Source: Camelus dromedarius (Eukaryota). Taken from it: DNA of 64,000 nt. Positions 51,046 to 63,319 of the stretch are shown here, piece by piece (positions within the stretch are counted from its first letter, which is position 1; every line of letters begins with the position of its first letter). Location of the stretch: assembly GCF_036321535.1 (NCBI RefSeq), contig NC_087436.1, positions 43,588,001 through 43,652,000 of the forward strand, written 5' to 3'. A program made the translations under genes and the position numbers. The notes beneath the pieces were generated by a model. That model did not search any database and was not told the DNA's origin. It worked only from the letters and a program-made list of their open reading frames with translations.

Positions 51046-52436
51046 TTAAGACCACACACACATATACACACACACACATTCCCAGAAGTGAAAAAAAAAA
51101 AAAGTGGTAACAATTTATTTTCCAAAGTCATTCCAGCACTTCTCACCTCTTTCTACAAATGTGTGTACCACAGCACAAGGGCCACAGCAGCCTGGCAGAG
51201 AAGATTCACCTTGGTGTGCCCAATATTCATTACTAAGGCTCAGGCTTCCTTTTATCTTTTCAGATTTTATGAGAGAAAGAGTCACTACTTCCAAGAGTCT
51301 CAAGCATTGTGGGTCACCAGAAAGGCTGTTCATAATCCAGACTGAGGCAAAAAGATATATTACCAATCAAGGGGAGGTAGCAAAAGAAGCATGAGAGACT
51401 GGGCAGTAAAAAAGGATAAATAGCCTCATCAACAATGCAGATGTACAAGCTCTTCCTTCATTTACATCCACAGCCCCCAGACCCTTGAAGATGGATTTCT
51501 CTCTAGAGCAAGCAGCTGTTTCACCAAAGCTTCACTGAGGTTATTTCTACAAGATAACATATTACTATATGTAGACTCCCTCTCGATATATATTTCTGGT
51601 TCTTTCCCTCTTGTTTTACTTTATTGGCCACTGTGTCTAACTGAGTAAACCTTTTCCAGCTCAACCACATTATCTGCTTTGTCTATCTATGTACACTTCC
51701 AGTTGCTCCTATGGGGAGCTATATTTTTCTGTGAGAACAGATGAAATATAGTCTGTCATGAGAATCAGTGAGAAAGAACCATCTGGACTATTTTCAGGGA
51801 GCAGCAAGTAAAATCCAATCAAATATATTTGAGAAGCAAAAGAAGTTTAATGAGGCATTTTTACCCATTAATTTTAAAGTATATAAGTTGCCATTGTTGA
51901 TGGGAGTTTATCCTTTGAACATACTCATACAAGTATGCCATATATATTTGTAGGAGCATTGCTTGTCATAACAAAAGATTGAAAACCACCTAAATGTTTA
52001 ACTTATAAACTAATAAATTACTTTACCCATACAATGAATAGATACTATGCAGCTAATGAAAAGGAATGATGTAGATCTGTGTTTCTGAAATGGAAAGTAC
52101 ACCAAAGACTAATAAGTGACACTGTAAATAAGAGAAAATGAAAAGTTTAGCTTTAGTTTATATATTTTCACTATTGTATAGTACCCCAGAGTATGAGTAT
52201 ACCACAATATATTCATAAAACATCAAAATAAATGTATATCTTAAACATAAATTGAGGGCAAAATGCAACTTGCTAAAATGCTAACAGTATTATGTCATTC
52301 ATATAAAATCTTAAAACATGAGAAACAATTCTATCTACTGTTAGGGACACATATACAAGAAGTAAGAGGACAAATAAATGCATAGGAATGATGGTAGTTA
52401 TCTGGGGGTTGGGAGGAGGATAAAATTGGGACAAGG

Positions 52437-52522
52437 TGTTGGGTTAAACCACATGACATTGCCAATGTTCCACGATTTTTGATCTGCAAAAATAGCAATG
52501 TCATATATGGGTCAACCTCACA
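52437..52522. mobile_element. MADE2 (mariner-derived MITE)
   Basis: Imperfect palindrome gggtt(a)aacc-atgacattgc...gcaatgtcat-ggtcaacct. Confidence 0.8.
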
Positions 52523-55500
52523 TGTAAGTGGTCTTTGACTCTGTTAAAAAGGTTTTATTTCTTAAGCTAAAAGAGGATACACATGCGTTCACAGGAACCC
52601 ATGTGGATCCACCATTATTTAGCTCTATGACCCTAGACAATTTGTTTAACCTAATTTCTTTATCTGTAAAATGAGGATAATAATAATATATATCTTACAG
52701 GGGTATAGGGAAGATTAAATAAGTTAACATTTATTAAGCACATCATCTGGTCTGAGTTTTGTTTGACAATAATTTTAGTGTTTTCAAAATCTGAAATGTC
52801 AAGTATTGGAAATGAAGCTTTTGAATATATTTATATTATGTTGTAATATGTTAACTTTGCATAGCAGTAAATAACTATTAGTAATTTTCCCCCTGTCTCT
52901 TTTATAGACTTGGCACTTAATTCTGCTCTGATGCTTGCTAGCTTTTAAATATGCCTTCTTGACAGAGCAAAGAATCCTCCTATCCTGGTTGATTGTGTCC
53001 CTGAATACAAAATAAAAGTTAGAGGTGATTAATTTTTTTTTTAAAAAAGCACTATTTTATTCAGCTACTATCATATTCTATAGCTTTTTGGACAGCTGGA
53101 CTATTTCATGAAAATATTTTTCACTTCTTTTTATGGAAAACTATAAATATAAACAAAAGCAAGGAGACTACTATAATAAACCAAATGTACCAGTCACTTT
53201 GCTTTAAAATTAGCAATTCGTGACCAACATGTTTCACTTCTACCCTCTTCCCCAGAAACATACATTAGATTATTTTTAAGGGAATTCTAGACTTCATCCA
53301 TAAGTACTTCATTATATATCTTTAAAATATAAGGATTTTTAGAAACATAATAAAAAATTTTCACATTTTAAGAATTAACAACATGTTAACATTATGAAAT
53401 ATCTGATCACTGCTTCAATTTCATTGTTTGTCTCATAAATACTTATATGTATATTTTGTGTTGCAGTATTTGTAAGTACACAGCTTGCTGAATTTTTACA
53501 AAGTGAACATTCCCGTGTAACCAGCCAGGAATAAGAAATAATATGTTAAGTTTTTTGTTTTTTTGTGTTTTTTACAACTTTTTTTTTAAATCAGGATCCA
53601 GATAGGGTCAAATCTTACTAATGGTTGACAGTCTCTTACACAATAATTTTTAAATTAATATTAAAGGATATGAGCCTATTTCTACTTTTTAGACAACTTA
53701 GATGTTTTTCATTACTTCTAGAAGAATATATAAAATACTGTTATCACTGGCAGCAGGAATGGAAGTCAGAAATTTGCCAGTGCAGTCTTTCAAGGCATTA
53801 CCAACAAATAGCATTTTTAAAAGGGAAATACCATTGAAAATTAAACAGATTCAACTATGGTCATTAAAGTATAACAAACACCCAGAGAGCTACTCTACAG
53901 CTAACTCAGTATAGAGATTCCCTTGTAGAATTCACTTGTTTTCATCATAATCACAGTTGTGTTCTACCTCAACTACTTGTGCTTTCTTACTTGGGTTTCC
54001 AGCCCTGGGTCAAAATAAAATGAAAGTGTCTTAATGGTGTGCCAGTAATAGAATTTGAAAATCTTTACTCTGCGATATTGTAGTTTTGCAGCCTTTAATG
54101 GCATTGTCCTTGACTGGGGATACACAAGCAAATTAACTTCCTGCCAGCCTCTCTGAGGCTAATGCACCTTCCAACTGCAGAGTTTTCATTGACTTCTAAA
54201 GACTGGGTGCAGCAAAGAGGGGCTCTGGGAGGAGGACGCCGTCTTCTGGCAGAGTTCCTGGGGAAAGGGAACCTTGAAAGATGCTCTACAATACATCCCT
54301 TGTTCTGGGAAAACAGAGTCAGGCTCTATCATAAATTTTTTATTTGCTCCACAATCCTACTTTAAAATTACGTTCAGGTGAAAGCAAGAGAAGATGGTTT
54401 GATAAAATAATCATGTAAAGGAAATTAAAATATATTTAAATGCTTACATAAAACAGTCATGTACAGTACTACACCCTCCAGGAAAAATTTTGAGAAAAAT
54501 GCTAAATCTGGTGGTAAAGCCTGAGACTGTCTCTAGTACATTTGTAAAATTGAGATAATTATGTGAGTAAATGAAAAGCAAATGATCTATGTACTATTAC
54601 ACTGAATTGTTAAAAAGAACAAAGAGATTTTTAAAGAAAATGCAGGATTTTCAGAAAAATTTACCTATTCCTCATTTATAAGACATATGTAGCTATAGAA
54701 AATATACCAGGACCTCACCCAAAGAGTATTTCCACAGTCCAAGAAGACAGTGTTGAAGCTGCAGATCACACAAACTGAGTGACAATAAGGAAACCTGCAC
54801 AGAAGCAGGCTTTCATTTCTGACCACTTTGGGACAAACTAGACTTCCCTAGAAGTCCAGCTGGATGTAAAAGCTAGCAAGTCAGAAATCAGTGGTAAGTA
54901 CTAGAGCTTCCTGAAAAAGGCGATGTTGAGAAGGCAGAAGTTATTACAAGTTCAGTTTTCCCCATACAAAAAATTAGCAAAGCAGCAAATGCAGTTCCAG
55001 ACAGTGGTGTGTGGGATGGTTATCTGACAGTCAAGCCACTCTCTCATCCTGCTCCCACCCCCCAAACATAAACAGGAATAATCCAGCAACCCGATATCCA
55101 CTCTCAAAGATTTGGTTCCGTGACACAACTATTTATTGCAAGGGGGTAAGCAAGGTACAGGGACCTGCTTCAGAGGAGGCAGACATGACAAACCCCTTAA
55201 GGAAAGGAACTGTGCTCTATTTGCCCCTGTCTCCCCAGTAGAGGACCCAATGAGCACTATGAGGTCTCACTGTATCCTCCATAGATGTTTGTTTGTTGAC
55301 ATTGCAATTGATTGGAAGTCATAACATTTCAGGATTTGTGTTTAGCCAGCCCCTGAAGCAGCAGGGTACTGACAAAATTTAACTTTTATATACTTGTAAA
55401 ATAACATATCCTCTTGAAAGCACTTTCCTACACAGAGCTGATTTCTTTTTCACCAGTCTTCAGAGGGAGCTAGAATGGTTATTACCCTGATCTAGAAAAG

Positions 55501-56019
55501 CTGACCAAAACTACATGGGACCTCATTAAACACACCAAGATAGGTAACAAAGGTGGGCTTCAAACTCTGGTATACTATATCCAGTGTGCTTTCTCCACAC
55601 CTCATCTGTTGAGCTATCCAATCCAACAACTACAGAAAGAGAAGGGCTGGCGACAGCCACCTGATTGCCTCCTCAAGGTTCTGCTGTTCTTATCAGAAGG
55701 ACCATAGTCTTGTTTGTGACCAATACAAAGATCAACTGTCTTGACAATCCCAGGATCAGCTGTGGCCCCAGGGCCAGCATGGACTTTGTTTTCACTATGT
55801 TCTGATGAAAGCTGAGGATTGGGAATATTAGTCTGGAAGTAATAAGCAAGCTCAGAAGTGACTGGAGGCAGGTAGAAGAGTTAAAGGGCCATGAAAACAG
55901 CCCTAAAATGAGACTCCCTTAAGTAATATAAGAGGAAAAGAAATGTAGCTCAAAAGCCGAAACATAGGTAAATGATAGGTGAGTAGGTAGATAGATATCA
56001 GACACATACATATAAATTA

Positions 56020-56105
56020 TAGTTTCTCAATTCTGAAATATGTATGTTTTCACATTTAATGTTTCTGAAACAGGGATGCATTTTATAATCAATGTTCATA
56101 CTTAA
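56020..56105. mobile_element. MER104-like (Tc2) remnant
   Basis: ttttcacatttaatgtttctgaaacagggatgcattttataatcaatg. Confidence 0.5.
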
Positions 56106-56839
56106 CACAATGATTTTTTTTCCCTAACACTAGAAAAGGGAGGAAATACACATGTAATTTCTATTGCTTAACAACTGCTTTCTTTTAATTTGGAACTTTA
56201 GATCAGAGTGGCTGACCAGTAAACTAAATTTGATTATCATTTATAGTCTTGTCATATTTTTGCCTCACTACATATGATCTCTCTGAAAGCAGAGGCCACA
56301 TTTTACTTACATCTGTAATTTCCCATAACACCTAATATTTCTTGATACATAGTTTAATACATGTTTGCTACTAAGTATTGTTAAAAGTACACATATACAA
56401 TTAGAAAAAAAAAACTGTCTCAAGCAGATGACTCACGTCTAACAAAATGAAAGAAATTGAGAAAAGTAAAACTGTTAAGCATATGTAAGCACTAGATGCA
56501 TCCATTAGACTAAGATGAGGTATCATCTAAACATCTAAACAGCAAAGAGAATGTTTCCAAAGGTTCATTTCTGTTTATGGCATTTTAGTAGAAATTCCCC
56601 ATCATACAAAAAATAATATTAATCTTTACCTCACTATATTTTAATAGAATAAATTTTAAAAAGGATATAACTTGAAGCAATAATTAAATCATGATACAAC
56701 GGTAAACGGTAGAATGCAGTGCCGCCAATAAAAAATAGTTTCTAAAAGATACTACATGTCCATATCCACATTACAATGGTCAGTGGAAAAAAGCATGATA
56801 TAAATTAAATCAATTATTTGATTTCAAGTTTCTAAATAT

Positions 56840-57359
56840 TGATAGAGCTCAGAACATACTGACCCTCAAATGTGGCACTTTGACATATTGAATAAACTAA
56901 ATGAATTTGAGAAATGACAAATGCAGAAAGGACTCTCTGACTTCCCCTCTCTCTTCTGAAACAGGTCATAAGACCCTCACATAAGAGGTGCCCTCCTTAT
57001 ACCTGGAAGAAAGGAGTATCATTATCTCTAGAGACAGAGAGGTGCCAAGAAGAATCTGAATGAACAGATCTTGCTAAGTTTGCCCCAGTTACTACCCTTA
57101 GCTCATTCTTTTTTACCCTATCACATTTTTCTATGACTATCTACTCTTCATCAAATCTAGTATAAAAACACTCAGGTTTAACTGCTTTTTCAGGTTTTCA
57201 TTCCCTTAAGAAGGCTCCATGTCACATAAAACTTAAATTTGTTTGCCTTCTTCTTGTTAATTTGTCTTTTGTCAGTCCAATTTATAAGGCCCCAGCCAGA
57301 GAACCTAAGCAGGTAGTAAAAAAAAAAAAAAAAAAAAAAAAATGTTTTCTTCCCCTACA
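56840..57359 (+). mobile_element. ERV1-class solo LTR (MER34/MER39-like)
   Basis: TG...CA termini, 4-bp TSD atat (56836-56839 and 57360-57363), TATA-like tataaaa near 57161, end ttcttcccctaca. Confidence 0.82.
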
Positions 57360-57471
57360 ATATATATGAAACTAAAAAGAAATACCTAAATCTTCATAGT
57401 GAGGTGGTTATTTCTCAAATATGGAATTATAGATATTTTTTTAACTAATTTCTATACTTTCCAGTATTTTT

Positions 57472-57691
57472 TTAACATTTTCTATTGATTTATAATCATT
57501 TTACAATGTTGTGTCAAATTCCAGTGTTCAGCACAATTTTTCAGTTATTCATGGACATATACACACTCATTGTCACATTTTTTTCTCTGTGAGTTATCAT
57601 AACATTTTGTGTATATTTCCCTGTGCTATACAGTGTAGTCTATTCTACAATTTTGAAATCCCAGTCTATCCCTTCCCACCCTCCACCCCCC
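57472..57691 (-). mobile_element. Young L1 3' end fragment
   Basis: Reverse complement of 14580-14800; TSD tccagtattttt at 57460-57471 and 57692-57703. Confidence 0.9.
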
Positions 57692-58139
57692 TCCAGTATT
57701 TTTATTAGCAGGGGTTTTTAAAAATTTACCTTGATGAGCAAGTTTCCCACAATGTGATTTTGTTTGTTTGAGTCTTCTATGTGCATATTCTGGTCAGCTG
57801 TAGCTCACCCCTCAAACTAAACTATATATCAAAACCACTTACCCCAGTTAGCAAGAACATATTACACCAACACTCACTGAGCTATTTTTGTCACCAATAT
57901 TTTCATTTTCCTCATAAGAAAAATTAAAATCCATTTCAATTTTTAGAAGCAACTCAAATGAATCCTCAGATTTTAACTTGGTTTGACTTTTTAATTCCAG
58001 GAGTAGGTTAAGCTGATCAGTTAATGGAGAACTAAATGCTGAAACTTGTAGGAAGTGGATGACTCCCAAATGAAAGCCATTCAGGAATTAAACCAAGTGA
58101 GAGGGGCTCCTCAAAAAAGACCGGACTTTCGGGGAAGTG

Positions 58140-58265
58140 GGGATGCAGGGATGGGTATAGCTCAGTGGTACAGCACCTACTTAGCATGTATAAGGTCCTG
58201 AGTTCAATCTCCAGTACCTCCATTTAAAAATATACATATATTAAAAATAATAATAATAATAAAAT
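58140..58265 (+). mobile_element. vic-1-like SINE
   Basis: gggtatagctcagtggtacag...cttagcatgtataaggtcctgagttcaatctccagtacctcc. Confidence 0.88.
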
Positions 58266-58539
58266 ATTTGGGGAAAAAAGACCAGATTTCTGAGATTCCA
58301 GTTCTCTTCTGATACTTCTTACTTAACTGTATACCTGAAAATGTGCATATTTTATATGCAAATGTATAGGTATAATGTACACATTTAAGGTACAATTATT
58401 TTCATTACTATGCAAGGGAACTCGAAGATATATCCATAATAGCTCTCACTAGCTCCTCTCCCTTTACTTGCTTCTTAACCTGGACACCCCCCAATTCCCA
58501 CTCTCAGCCCTCTTCTTTCACTACATGTTTCTTTAGGCT

Positions 58540-58720
58540 GATGCTTCTCCAAGTGTGTTCCCCAGGTCAGTAGCAGCAGCATCCCCTGGGAATTTGTTAG
58601 AGCTGCAAATTACTGGGCCCATCCCAGACTACATCAGAAACTCCAGGGTTAAGGCCCTGCATGAGCTTTAACAAGGCCTTTAGGTAACTCTGATGTGTGC
58701 TGAAGTGTGGAAAACCACTG
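58540..58720. mobile_element. MER5A (hAT-Charlie) DNA transposon remnant
   Basis: gcagcagcatcccctgggaatttgttag...tcagaaactc...tttaacaag...ctctgatg...aaccactg. Confidence 0.85.
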
Positions 58721-59802
58721 CTGCCAGGCAATCTCAACCTCACAAGGCCTCTGTTTATAAACCTGTACTTCCTGGTTCTGACCTCTCTTGTGGGCTCCAG
58801 ATGTGAGTTCCTATCTGCCTGCTAAAGCTCTCTCACTGAATATCCCCAGGGTAACTCACACTCAGCAAAGTAATAAGCTTTGACCTTCCTACCCCTCTCC
58901 CTGACCACTTCTACCCTACAGCCTGCTCCTTTTCCTGCTCTCCCATCTCAGTGAATGATACCTAACAGTCACCTAGTCTCTTGGCTTAGAAATCTTAAAA
59001 GTTACCTATTATACTTCTTCTCTTACCTGCCCCAGCTGGTCACAAGTCGTGACTCTACCTTAGCAAGTCTCTTATGTCCTCCTCTCCTTTCTTACTCTCA
59101 CTACTGCACTGCAGGAACTGGTTTATTCACCACTGGTTGATCTCCATGCAAGTCCATCCCTCACACTTCTGCTGGACAAAACCCATGAGAGGGAAGAAGA
59201 TTGTGTTGCATATCAATATCATCCCATTGCTGGGATTTCCAAAAGATGATTTTCCTGGGATTTAACTCTCTCTGTGACCCTGTTGCTCACAAATAATATA
59301 GAGTTATTTTTCTAAACATAAGTCTTATCCTGTTAAATCTCTTCTCAAAAACTTTCAAAACTTCCCACTATCTGTAAATCTCAACTGTTTAAACTGACGA
59401 TAAATTTTTAAATGCCTGCCTTCCCGTGGAAAGTATGGTCCTACTCCACACTTTCACTCATGCTTCTCCTTGGGTCTGGATTTCACCTTCCATTGCCACT
59501 CCTCTTTCTTTACCATTTCACTTTCTATCCTTCAAAGACCAGCTCAAATGTGACTTGCCTATCAGAACTCATGAATCAGTCCTCTTTGTGCCGCCAGCGG
59601 CACATTTCTTACACCTCTATGAGAGCTTCCTGTCTTCCAGGCATATAGTACTTAGTTATTTACTTCTCTGACAACACATGGATGGAAGCTCCTCGCTTTT
59701 TTTTTTTTTTTTTTTTTTTAGGAAGCTCCTTCCTTAAGGGCATGATGGAAGCCTTAATTCATATCTAACTCTTATGCTACTTAGCCCACTTTGAAAGCAC
59801 TG

Positions 59803-60150
59803 TGCTATGGTCTGAATGTTTGTGTCCTCCCACAATTCATATTTTGAAATTCTAAGGCTTAATGTTATAACATTAGGAGGTAGAGCCTTTGGAAGGTGGT
59901 TAGGTATAAAGGTGGAGTCATCATGCATGGATTAGCACTCTTATAAAGAGGCCCAGAGAGCTCCCTAGCCTCTTTGGCCATGTGAGGATACAATGAGAAG
60001 CTGGCAGTGAGGAAGGGGATCCTCACAGGACCATGCTGACATCCTGACCTTGGACTTCCAGCCTCCAGAACTGTAAGAAATAAACTTCTATTGTTTATAA
60101 GCTACCTAGTCTGTGGTATGTGGTTATAGCAGCCCGAACAGACTAAGACA
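59803..60150 (+). mobile_element. MaLR solo LTR (MLT1A-like)
   Basis: tgctatggtctgaatgtttgtgtcc...cttggacttccagcctccagaactgtaagaaataaa...gactaagaca. Confidence 0.92.
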
Positions 60151-60356
60151 CATTCAATAAACACTGAGTGGAAATATAAATTGTACCAATTACCACACAA
60201 AGGTTAAGCCAACCTAACCTGCCTCTGCACAAATTGAATGCATGAAGGTGTCTCTCCTGGTTTCTCCAGGATGGGGGCTATCACACCTGGCCAATGGTGA
60301 AAGAAGAGAGCTGAGAGTGGATTTTGCAGAGTGCCCAGTTTAAGAAGAAAATGATT

Positions 60357-60805
60357 CCTTTTTCCCCTTCCAGAGACAGTATCTAGAGGCATTCAGAATG
60401 GTTGGTCCAGCTTTTGACATATGATCATAGGCTGGCCTACAATACAGCCTCTAACAAAACTAGGCTGTCCTGAACCCCTGGTAATAGAATTGTTTACCTT
60501 TATACCAAGAAAGTTGGGAAAGCACCAAAATCCGCATGTGGCGTGTGCCCAGGCCGACTTTGAGGAGTTCGCGCTGTGAGACCTAAAGTTCTTAGGAGAC
60601 TGTCTAAAACGCGTCCTCTGGGCTCATGGTGGTTCCATGTGTGCTGAATGTGTCCGTGACAGGATCAGGCATGCTTTCCTCACTGAGGAGCAGAAAATCA
60701 GTGTGAAGGTGTTGAAAGCACAAGCACAGGGTCAGAAAGCTAAATTTAAAAATGAAGCTTTTTTGAGTAATAAAAAAGTGAAAAGCAAAAAAAAAAAATA
60801 AAAAG
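60357..60805 (+). pseudogene. RPL34: RPL34 processed pseudogene
   Basis: Reads ...[51 protein letters not shown]...[39 protein letters not shown]. It keeps a pyrimidine (TOP-like) 5' UTR and ATG 60398. Lesions: 4-nt duplication after the ATG, TGA stops at 60471 and 60561, short deletion near 60610. AATAAA 60769-60774, A tail, degenerate TSD aaga(a)gaaa(a)tga. Confidence 0.96.
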
Positions 60806-61179
60806 AAAGAAATGAGGGAAGAGGAACTAGCAAGGGACACAGATATGTTTTAGAGTTCTCATGTTGTAATAAGACTAGTTGTACATTATGTATGTATATT
60901 TAGTCCCCAAAAAGTAGATTCCCAAAATATTATCTAGATAGAAGCACAGGAAAGCAATGAGGTATTACTTTTTAGTCAGTGGACTAAAGGGAGGAGGGTG
61001 GAGGGAAGCTTTACTATATTAGTGTTCCAAATTCTGTTCATATTTCTATTCTTTTCTTACTGCCAGATACGGTTTATCTGAATAGAGGAACATGGGTCAT
61101 TTTATGTTTTTTTATTATTTTTCTGTATTTTTAAAAACCTAATACATTGTTTAAAAGTTAAATAAAAATACAGATTTTC

Positions 61180-61712
61180 TGGATAAAGAAGTTGTGGTAT
61201 ATATTTATACAGTGGAATACTACTCTGTGATTAAAAAAAAGAGTAAAATAATACCATTTGCAGCAACATGGATGGACCTGAATATCATCATTCTAAGTGA
61301 AGTAAGCCAGAAAGAGACAAAAAAATACCATGTGATATCACTCAAATATGGAATCTAAAAAAAAAAAAAGAAAAAAGAGGACACTAATGAACTCATCTAC
61401 AAAACAGAAACAGACTCGCAGACATAGTAAACAATCTAATAGTTACCAGGGGATGGGATAAATTTGGGAGCTTGATATTTGCAAATGGTAGCCACTATAT
61501 TAAAAATAATTTTAAAAAAGTTTCTGCTGTATAACACAGGGAACTATGTTCAATATCTTGTAATAACCTTTAATGAAAATGAATATATATATGTATATGC
61601 ATGGCTGGGACATTGTCCTGTGCAGAAACTGACTATACTTCACATTGAAACTGACTATACTTCAATTACAAATATATATATATATTAAAAATAAGTAAAA
61701 TAGAATATAGAG
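61180..61712 (+). mobile_element. L1 3' end
   Basis: tggataaagaagttgtggtat...gcagcaacatggatggacctg...3' UTR; TSD aaa(a/g)tacagatt. Confidence 0.88.
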
Positions 61713-63319
61713 AAAAGTACAGATTGTTAGGCCCCATTCTGGAGGTTCTCAGTTGGTAAATCTGCAGTGGGAATCTGCATTTTTTTCCAACCTCCCTTCA
61801 TGTTTCTGGTACAGCCCCAGGACAGGTGATCCCCAGTACAATAACCTCCTCCCTCTGGTGGGAAATGGGCGAGGTAACTTCTGTTGAAAGTGTAACAGAA
61901 GAAGAAAGCAACTTCACCAGCAGATAATAAGATGGACTTGATGGTTATAAAACGACCAAACAGCAAGGGTCTTGGGCCTCTCCTCCTGAACATACACTTC
62001 TTCCCCTGGGTTACGCTGTATTACATAGCATAGTGAGGCTACAGTTCCCTTTACTGCCTTCTTGTCCCCTCGAAACAATTCTTCATAATCTTTTAAGCCA
62101 GATTTTAGGAGATTAAATATTGGCCAGGCAAAAGGGGAGGGTAATCCACGTGTGAGGCACCAGCGGGGGAATGGCCGAATTCATGCTCTCTGCATTGTCA
62201 CTTCTCTGTGGCAAGATCACCTGTCTTCACACCTGAGGTCAAGTTATGGAAGTCCTTACTAACCATGCTGAGGAGTTGGGGCTTCATTCTTTGCCACAAA
62301 GCTCTAGAGCTCCTCGGATCAGCATGGTAAATTGGCATCAAACTTTCAGTTCCTTCCTCCATCCCCTGTGTCCTAGGGCCATAAACAAAAAGAAGACATT
62401 GGGCTGGATCTGGATGAGACACTTGCTAATTTCCACCATGATGGTCCTGAGGTCATAGTCCTCCTCAAACACTTCCTCACTTCATCCTCATGGTGGAAAT
62501 ATTCCAGTATCTGACCCAGATTTTTGGCCATAAGAGATTTTCTTTTAGAAATATTGAGCCAGAGGCACTAACTGCTGTTTGTGGCACCAACTGCTGTTCT
62601 CGTAGAAAGAATGAAGGTTTAAGGTTCTACAAGGCATCAGCAGAGGCATACCCAAAGGGAGATACCACAGAGAGGCACTGCATTCACAACAAGATCTGCT
62701 TTAGTGAACTTCTGTGACCCCAGCATTAGAGGCCTCCAGAATCTGTTTCCAGTGCTGATGCAGCTGGATGCATCTGATGCATCCACAGCTGATGCTCTGC
62801 TGATGAGTGTTCTGCGGGGAACTGGAATCTTCATCAGCACTGACTACAGTAAAAACTGCTCCACTCCCATTTAACCAGGGATATTACTGATGAATGGAAC
62901 ATGAGTCCTTGGGATGTTTTCTGATACCATATCCAATGCTGGAAGAACATACAGCACAGAATCTGTAACAGGCTCACCCAAACTGTATGTCCACAATCCC
63001 CAGAGCTCCAGATGGGGCACAGGACCAAGAGAGCTAAAACTTCTCTGGGGCTGTGGGTTGGAATTTCCAGAAAAGGGAAACCAAATTGATAGGGAGCTGC
63101 AGGGTGGGGGTTGGGAGAGCCTACCAGTGCAAAGACTATTATAGTAATGCAGGAGAGCGATGGTCAGGTCTTAAATCAATCACCATTCACGGGCACTGGT
63201 GAAGAGAAAGGGTTGATTCTATTTCAAAGGAAGAAGGAAGAAGACAAGATCAACTAACTGCATGAAAAGTAAGGGGAACAGAGAAACCAAGGAAAATTCT
63301 GAGTTGAACTTAGACAAGT

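Noticed and set aside
51179..51210. gggccacagcag resembling the start of the CPEB3 HDV-like ribozyme
   Set aside because: The downstream P1/P3/P4 elements are absent; a 12-nt coincidence.
51088..51394. Three overlapping ORFs with splice-like signals
   Set aside because: No recognisable protein, signals on both strands, and lengths compatible with chance.
61846..61864. CTCF-like core ctccctctggtgg
   Set aside because: A single imperfect motif with no upstream module; not enough without ChIP or conservation data.
62800..62830. CUGAUGA hammerhead-like core
   Set aside because: No GAAA after a stem II and no stem III/NUH geometry.
62200..62880. Fleeting peptide resemblances to bornavirus/rhabdovirus nucleoproteins, TPT1, ORC5 and C9orf72
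   Set aside because: Motifs are short and low-identity, and where checked their spacing is not colinear with those proteins. Not supportable without a profile search.
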